Of a stretch of DNA of 15,610 bases, positions 9,313 through 15,610 are shown piece after piece (the stretch's first letter is position 1; each line of letters opens with the position of its first letter). This DNA comes from Octopus sinensis (Eukaryota), in NCBI RefSeq assembly GCF_006345805.1, contig NW_021825439.1:1-15610 (forward strand), given 5' to 3'. Under the pieces are notes generated by a model that did not search any database, was not told the DNA's origin, and saw only the letters and a program-made list of their open reading frames with translations. The translations under genes and the position numbers were made by a program.

Positions 9313-9373
9313 CTAGATACCAATACCATTCATATAATATATATATATATATATGAATGGTATTGGTATCTAG
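9313..9373. repeat. Perfect inverted repeat around a TA spacer
   Basis: ctagataccaataccattca / tgaatggtattggtatctag. Confidence 0.95.
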
Positions 9374-9442
9374 GAGACCCAAGAGTGGCAGGTAACACTA
9401 AGTAAGTGTTATAGACAGCCCATGGTTTAACTCTTGTTTCGT

Positions 9443-9471
9443 TATATATATACATATATTATATATATATA

Positions 9472-9524
<53 letters not shown>

Positions 9525-9587
9525 TAGATAGATAGATAGATATATATATAAGATGTATATATATACACATATATAAATAGATATGCA

Positions 9588-9634
<47 letters not shown>

Positions 9635-9640
9635 ATATAT
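9443..9640. repeat. (TA)n, (GATA)n and (TCTA)n compound microsatellite
   Basis: Direct inspection. Further TA tracts lie at about 9910-9975 and 10258-10290. Confidence 0.92.
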
Positions 9641-9912
9641 CTTAAAGATTATTTCCTTATTTCCCAACATGACGTGGCAGTGTTGGCCAGGATGAATATT
9701 ATTGCTCATCGTCTTCAGCTGGCTATACGACACAATCTGTCTCCTTATATTTTCGAACAAGAGGGTTTAGCATCCCCACTCACAATATCTGTGTATCACA
9801 TTTTCCAGGTTATTTTTCCTCATCAGCACAATAACTGTTCGGCTAGAGGTGGCGCTGCTAAATTCACCATGCGGTTTTAAGTACAAACAGTAAATGATGT
9901 ATGTAGTTAATA

Positions 9913-9961
<49 letters not shown>

Positions 9962-10391
9962 ATATAATATATACATTTTGATAGTTTGGAGGTGATGTAC
10001 AGGTATTGTATATGAGAAAAAAGAAGGTACACAGAAATCTGGATGGTTTTATATTTATAGATTTTTATTAATATGTCTTCATAAATCATATATTATCGCT
10101 TGCATCATTCTACTAGATTCTTCATAATGTGAAGAATCTAGAACAGTGGATGCAAGCGCTATATATGAGTTATAAAATCATGTGATATATTAATCAAAAT
10201 CTGTAAATATAAAACCAACCAGATTTCTGAGTACTTTATTTCTTCTATAATATATAAATATACTATATATATATATATATATATATATATGAGGGTAGGG
10301 GTGAAATATACACATGCATATGTATGCATACGTTCATTCATATATATACATATACCTAACTGTGCACGCGCATACGCGTGTTTTTAAAAGA

Positions 10392-11408
10392 GGGTACTTC
10401 TTCATCCATAGCAACTCGACGACCACATAAAATGTTTGAGTGATCCAAAGAATTAATGTTGGATGGGGCGTGATCTGGACTGTATGCAGGGTATTCCAGC
10501 AACTCGAAGCCCAATTTTTCAATGGATTCGACGGTGTTCATAGACCTGGGTATTTGTTGCAAATTGATGGTTTCGGTCTCATATTACTGGGTAGCATTTC
10601 TCTGTCGCCTACACAGGTGACTGTACATCTTTCTTTTCTAAGTAATGTCCCAATACAAGTATTCTTGCGACCAAAGAACAGGTCAGCATCTGTTATTTTG
10701 CAGAAGGTTGAATCATAAATTTCGTTTTCGCTCCATATTATGCCTCCTGGATACTGGTTTAAAGTGATAGACCGAGGTCTCATTTCTTGTGGTTATTCTC
10801 TTCATAAAATCTTCGTCTTCGTCGTTATAGCGGTTGAATAAGCGTTGGCAGATCTCCATACGATTGCACCTATGCATCCATCTTGCACAAACTTTACAGA
10901 AGGAAAGATAGTGGTGGATTATTTCGTATGCAGAACCACGTCTAATTTGCAGAGAACATACCACATGATTGTCGGTCATGCGTCGGTTCATCAAAACTAA
11001 TCTCGAGTTTCATGAATCCTCACCTCCGTCCTGGAGGTTGATTAGCACCCTGCTCCCACTTCCTGCTTCTCTGGTATATTCAAACTTCTCGATCCACTCA
11101 TACACACTTCTATATGTAGAACGCCATTCCCGTATCGTACAGAGCACCAGCGATAAATTTCAGCTCCGGGCACACTTTGAAACCAGAGAAATCGGATCAC
11201 TGATCTCTGTTCTTCCTTGATACACACTGCCAATGGAGCGGCTGTGTTTACTCTGTAACACAAAAAAGGAAACTGGAGCGATCCAGGTCAATGCTCGGAT
11301 ATGTAACAACACGTGTTTTCCCTTTTAGGACACGAGCGTAGAAGGCAGTGTGGTCACCCTAAAGAAGGTTTTGGCGAAAATGCGAACACTTTTTGACTTG
11401 CTTTTGTA
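10392..11408 (-). mobile_element. Mariner (Tc1/mariner) DNA transposon remnant with transposase pseudogene
   Basis: Fragments KEEQRSVIRFLW, SAYEIIH..KVCARWM (WVP motif region), TRNETSVYHFKP (GDETW-like) and FELLEYPAYSPDHAPS (YSPDL motif). Candidate terminal repeat tacaaaagcaagtcaaaaagt on the minus strand at 11388-11408. The other end is not found. Confidence 0.88.
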
Positions 11409-11589
11409 TTTATGTGTATGTGTGTGTGTATAAAATTACGAATTAAATGCGACTCTAATAATGTAAACATTATAGTTCGCACGTACATAGTTTATGTGTT
11501 ATGTATAAACGCTCATTCGCAGCAGGGTAGCGTCCGTGGAAAACTCTCAGCACGATGTCATGTAGGGAGATTTACCTGGATGCTATCCG

Positions 11590-11745
11590 AAAGCAAATGT
11601 TTTTAAGCAAAAGATATGCACTCGGGAGGTGAGGAAGTCATTTACGTTTCGAGCCTACGCTGCACAACAGAAAGGAACAAAGAAATAAGCAGAGAGAGAA
11701 AATAAAATCATAAAGATTTAGTGGCTTGCGATCAATCACGGCGAA
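11590..11745 (-). mobile_element. PLE family A terminal-repeat fragment with decayed HHR
   Basis: acgtttcgagcctacgct..caacagaaag, and the flanks align to 12350-12500 and 290-445. Confidence 0.78.
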
Positions 11746-11803
11746 TGTGTGTGTGTGTGTGTGTGTATATAAATATATATATATTTATTATATAAATATA
11801 TAT

Positions 11804-11851
<48 letters not shown>
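11746..11851. repeat. (TG)n(TA)n microsatellite
   Basis: Direct inspection. Confidence 0.95.
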
Positions 11852-11858
<7 letters not shown>

Positions 11859-12127
11859 ATCACGTGACTGACAAACCATCAGATGTTGTTAAACATCGCT
11901 GGTCACAATGAGCTTCTCAATATTTTTAAGCCTTCAAAATAACGCCAACCCGCAGGCTAAGCGAGCAGGCCAACAGAAGAAAGAGCGTGAGAAAGTGTGG
12001 CGAAAGAGTACACCAGGGACCGCCACCTCACCCTGCCGGAGCATCGTGGAGCTTTAGGGGTTTTCGCTCAATAGACACTCACAACGCCCGATCTGGGAAT
12101 CGAAACCGCGATCCGACATTGCCCCTC

Positions 12128-12128
<1 letters not shown>
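11852..12128 (-). mobile_element. Second tRNA-derived SINE family, head partly deleted, ending in (TA)n
   Basis: B-box-like GGTTTCGATTCCC on the minus strand (about 12094-12106). No intact A-box. The 3' end gtcacgtgatcacgtgat is followed by TA repeats. Confidence 0.75.
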
Positions 12129-12168
<40 letters not shown>

Positions 12169-12252
12169 TTATACATATATAGCGATATATATATATAATA
12201 TATAATATATATATATAATATATAATATATATATATATACACACATATATAG

Positions 12253-12297
<45 letters not shown>

Positions 12298-12300
12298 TAT
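12128..12300. repeat. (CA)n(TA)n compound microsatellite
   Basis: Direct inspection. Confidence 0.93.
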
Positions 12301-12324
12301 GTTTGATGTATATAGTGAACATTT

Positions 12325-13275
12325 ACAAAAAAAAAACAAGACGGAGACAGTTGTGTAAAAAACAAACATGTATTAGTTTAACGCTCGGGAAGTGAGAATA
12401 TCTTAAACGTTTCGAGCCTACGCTCTTCGGCAGAATGGAACACAGAAATAAACAGGGAGAGAAAATAAAGAATGTTTGGTGGCAATCTATCATGGCGAAT
12501 TCCAGACAGAGGGGGACAAGAGTGAGGTGTGGGTTAGACTGAGTGTGGGGATAGGGGTGGGGTATGTGGTAGTGAGGTGAAAAGGATGGAGTGGTAGTGG
12601 GATGGGGAGATGAAGTTGGATTGTGTAGGGTGGTGTTACGAGGGAGGGGTACCGATGAAGGGAGAGAGGGAAGGGAGAGGGAGGTGGGAGTGAAGAGAAG
12701 TAGGTGTTACAGCAAGAAACAAGAGGTGGTTGGGAAGAAGTAGGAGTAAGAAGAAGAGAGGAGCGGGAGGATAGCTGAGTCCATAAAGCGCAATGAACAA
12801 AGAGAGAAGAAATTCTTGTTCACGTCGAAGACGGGAGTCCGGATGGCCCCTGTGCAAGGACAATCCGAACACAAAGAGGTGTTGCAAAGAATGACCGGTA
12901 GAACGGAAATGGCACGAGACCGCGGTTTCATTTCTCGGAGGTGTTCCGCGAACCAGTCTGCCAAGCGGCGTCCCATTTGACCGATGTATAGTGAAAGACA
13001 GAAAGTGCAGGAGATGCAGTAGACGTTGCTAGAAGTGCAGGTGAAGGAGTCAGCGATATGATAGGGTCGGTGATGGGTGCCTATGAGGAGGTTAGTGTTG
13101 GAGAGGTGACGGCAAGTGTGGCAGCGTTGGCGGGAGCTGGGGAACGAGCCGGGTTGGGAGGCTGCGTTAGGGAAGAAGCTGTGGACCAAGAGGTCACGTA
13201 GGTTGTGGGCACGTTTGAAGGAGGGGAGGGGTCGGTTAGGGAAGATCTGATACGCGTGTTGATGTATGCTTTTAT
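12325..13275 (-). mobile_element. PLE family A, 5'-truncated, with linker and GIY-YIG pseudogene (about 12770-13275) and decayed HHR (12401-12438)
   Basis: PLPSFKRAHNLRDLLVHS..RCHTC..FTCTSSNVYCISCTFCLSLYIGQMGRRLADWFAEHLR / HSLQHLFVFGLSLHRGHPDSRLRREQE. Confidence 0.9.
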
Positions 13276-13520
13276 ATATCAATGCATTAGATTCAACCGT
13301 TTCTGCTATAACACTTTATTAAAAACAACGTAATTTTAATAGAAAGAAATCAATTCATCATTAAATAACGATTCAGTCATAAAAACACAAACGCCATTCA
13401 TTAAAATCCTCAATGATCTAAATTTACGCAATGGACTGGCAATTAAAAGTGTTATAGATGGAAAGGAATTTTTACATTATTTACATTTGACGGATATTTG
13501 TCCTCATCTTGTTTGTTGTT

Positions 13521-13566
13521 AACGCAACGTTTCGGCTGATATATTCTCCAGCCTTCATCAGGTGTC
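13521..13566 (-). ncRNA. Minimal type I hammerhead with canonical core
   Basis: GACAC-CUGAUGA-A-GGCUG(gagaauauau)CAGCC-GAA-ACGU-U-GCGUU. Stem I has one mismatch. The sister copy at 15591-15603 has GUGUU, which would pair fully. Confidence 0.85.
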
Positions 13567-13631
13567 CTGGGGAAATTTCGAACCTGAGTTCTCATTGCTA
13601 AGGTATTTTCCTGAGGTTATTTTATTATTAT

Positions 13632-13690
13632 AATCGAGCTCGGAATCTTGGGGTTAGTAACCTGCGCCCTTTACCACAACGCCATATGAC
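13632..13690 (-). promoter_or_regulatory. tRNA-like segment with an A-box-like motif inside the PLE terminal repeat
   Basis: TGGCGTTGTGG (13674-13684), anticodon-like arm GG-TTACTAA-CC and a degenerate B-box GAGCTCGATT. Confidence 0.6.
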
Positions 13691-13935
13691 TGTGGGCAAT
13701 TATGGACTGAATATTAGGGTTTATAAATCTAATATTTTCCTATCCTTCCTTAATACCGGTTCCCATATGCTGGTCATATCTGTACTCAGTCTGCTTAGGA
13801 GGTTATTATGTCCTAGCATATGTGCTGCTTCTTTTAGTTTTCGTATTTTCCAGTGCTGTTTTATTTCTATTATTTTAGCTTCATCCCATAAGGGGAAGTG
13901 ATCTCCTCGTGTCACAGCTTTGCGATGTTCCTTTA

Positions 13936-13994
13936 GGTTAAGAGCGCGGGCTACTATCCCCAAGATTCGAAGTTCGAATCCAGGTAGTGAGCTG
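13936..13994 (+). promoter_or_regulatory. tRNA-like head of the inverted terminal repeat, with a perfect B-box
   Basis: ggttaagagcgcgggctactatccccaagattcgaaGTTCGAATCCaggtagtgagctg, homologous to 13632-13677. Confidence 0.72.
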
Positions 13995-14087
13995 AATAAT
14001 AATAATAATAATAATAATATAATAATAATAATAATAATAATAATTATAATTATAATAATAATAATTATTATCATAATAATAATAATA

Positions 14088-14144
<57 letters not shown>
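13995..14144. repeat. (AAT)n microsatellite
   Basis: Direct inspection. Confidence 0.97.
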
Positions 14145-14149
<5 letters not shown>

Positions 14150-14809
14150 CCTGGATTTGCCCCATGAAAAAAACTGGTGGAACACAAACCACCCCCAGTG
14201 CTTGAAAATGACCACATCTCACTCCTCTGGAACTTCACCATTCAAACTGACAGGAAGATAGATGCAAATAGGCCAGACATCATATTGAAAGACTCAAAAC
14301 AAAGAACATGCCTCCTCATTGATATGACTGTCCCAATCGATATAACGTATCTGTCAGGACCTACCAAAAACTGAGCAAATATAAAGATCTTGAAATAGAA
14401 ATCAGCAAAATGTGGAAGCTGAAGACTAAAACAATACCTGTTGTCATAGGTGCCCTGGGAACGATAGCAAAAGGGGCTGATAGCTACCTAACTCAGATAC
14501 CAGGAACCCAAAAATGGCAGAAGTTCAAAAGATAGTGCTCATGGGAACTGCTCATATCCTACGCAAAATACTCTCTATGTACCTCAAGGTTTAAAACAAC
14601 CATAATTTTCGGTTTAAAAAAAAAAAAAAGAAAAAAAAAAAAAAAAAAACTTTTTTTTTTAGACATTCATTAGTACAACATTCCCACCCCCCAAAGATAT
14701 GGCACACTAGGCATAACAACAACATGAACTTCCAACCCTGTTGTCTCTTGAGGTCTCTGGGTGAGACTTGGAGCCAACTTGTACAAATATAAAGCAAAAG
14801 TCAAACATA

Positions 14810-14810
<1 letters not shown>
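14145..14810 (+). mobile_element. R4/Dong-clade element, second subfamily, endonuclease region and 3' UTR only, frameshifted
   Basis: EHKPPPVLENDHISLLWNFTIQTDRKIDANRPDII..LIDMTVP..KLSKYKDLEIEISKMW..VQKIVLMGTAHILRKILSM, flanked by (AAT)n at 13995-14144 and 14811-14856. Confidence 0.9.
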
Positions 14811-14856
<46 letters not shown>

Positions 14857-14857
<1 letters not shown>

Positions 14858-15518
14858 GACATGACAGAGTTGGCCAATATCTCCACTGGCTAATAAGTCG
14901 GCATTACAATATCAAAACTGCCGACAAGTGGTATAATCACCACCCTGAGGCTGTAACTGAAGGAGAAAATGTAACCATTCTGTGGGACTTTCCAGTACAT
15001 ACAGACCGAACCATCAAGGCCAATAAACCAGATATTGTTGTGAAAGACCAAAACAATAAAGTTTGCTTATTGATCGACATGAGCATCCCCTGCGATCATA
15101 ATATCTCAGCGAAAGAGTTTGACAAGCTCAGAAAATATAAAGACCTACTCATTGAAATTGAGAAAATGTGGCATCTCAAGGCGGTTACAATACCAGTGAT
15201 CGTAGGAGCACTAGGAATGATCAAGAAGGGAACCGAAAATTATATGAGAATGATCCCTGGCTTACCATCCCTGCAAGAAGTGCAAAAGATTGTCTTAACT
15301 GGTACATCACACGTATTGAGAAGAGCATTGTCGATGTGAGAACTGTTGCTGCTTATGTATTTTAATTTAACTTTAAAAAAATAAAAAAATAAAAAAAAGT
15401 GAACGAACTACTGAGTTTGGTTTAATGGCCTACCAATATACACTATGAGTTTCTTTGCCCTAGGAGTCGGGAAGACACTCGGCAAGAAATGGAAGCAAAT
15501 TTGAAAGAAGAAAAAAAA

Positions 15519-15519
<1 letters not shown>
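14857..15519 (+). mobile_element. R4/Dong-clade element, third subfamily, endonuclease region (open to 15339) and 3' UTR
   Basis: RHDRVGQYLHW..ILWDFPVHTDRTIKANKPDIVVKD..LIDMSIP..KLRKYKDL..VLTGTSHVLRRALSM, flanked by (AAT)n on both sides. Confidence 0.92.
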
Positions 15520-15552
<33 letters not shown>

Positions 15553-15610
15553 CAACAACATCGGTAAAATACCTTAGGAATGAGAACCCCGAAACGTTGT
15601 GTTAACAACA
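15520..15610 (+). mobile_element. (AAT)n/(AAC)n followed by the rest of the family C terminal repeat, with the HHR core deleted
   Basis: aaaataccttaggaatgagaacccc-gaaacgttgtgttaacaaca aligns to the minus-strand copy at about 13515-13610 with a gap of about 50 nt. Confidence 0.88.

Larger units (their letters stand above)
13470..13935 (-). mobile_element. PLE family C: GIY-YIG C-terminus (13721-13935) plus terminal repeat with tRNA-like segment, (AAT)n and HHR
   Basis: EHRKAVTRGDHFPLWDEAKIIEIKQHWKIRKLKEAAHMLGHNNLLSRLSTDMTSIWEPVL resembles the end of a PLE GIY-YIG domain. A canonical HHR core lies downstream. Confidence 0.82.

Noticed and set aside
9841-9858. CTCF-like motif aggtggcgctg
   Set aside because: Only the 3' half matches, and similar words are common in transposon remnants.
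10288-10310. tatgaggg as the second mariner TIR
   Set aside because: It does not match the 11388-11408 end beyond a few bases, and the transposase is truncated about 90 bp before it.
13936-13994. Genuine tRNA gene (anticodon-like ACT)
   Set aside because: The 5' acceptor and D-arm start are missing, the T-stem is poor, and it is embedded in a repeat. Treated as tRNA-derived.
13920-14261. Poly-Ile/Asn/Tyr ORFs here and at 1841-2092, 5394-5877, 7976-8272 and 12054-12369
   Set aside because: They are microsatellite read-through, not proteins.
14616-14660. A-run followed by T-run as a poly(A) tail or terminator
   Set aside because: It lies inside the Dong 3' UTR with element sequence continuing to 14810, and homopolymer lengths are unreliable.

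Overview
AT-rich, microsatellite-dense eukaryotic DNA made almost entirely of decayed mobile elements. I can support no intact host gene. The repeat style recalls octopus/cephalopod DNA, but that is an unverified inference. Contents: (i) three 5'-truncated R4/Dong-clade non-LTR retrotransposons with a restriction-like endonuclease, each embedded in a (TAA)n tract; (ii) several Penelope-like element (PLE) remnants with C-terminal GIY-YIG domains and minimal type I hammerhead ribozyme (HHR) motifs of four different sequence families, two with family-level non-canonical cores; (iii) two tRNA-derived SINEs; (iv) a mariner transposase pseudogene; (v) a local tandem duplication whose two copies give three filled/empty insertion-site pairs. 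PLE family labels A-E are my own working names. The most notable structure is at 13470-15610: a PLE terminal repeat that combines a tRNA-like Pol III head, an (AAT)n tract and a hammerhead. It is present twice in head-to-head orientation, and the (AAT)n of one copy has taken up two tandem Dong insertions. All alignments and folds were done by eye, so boundaries are approximate.
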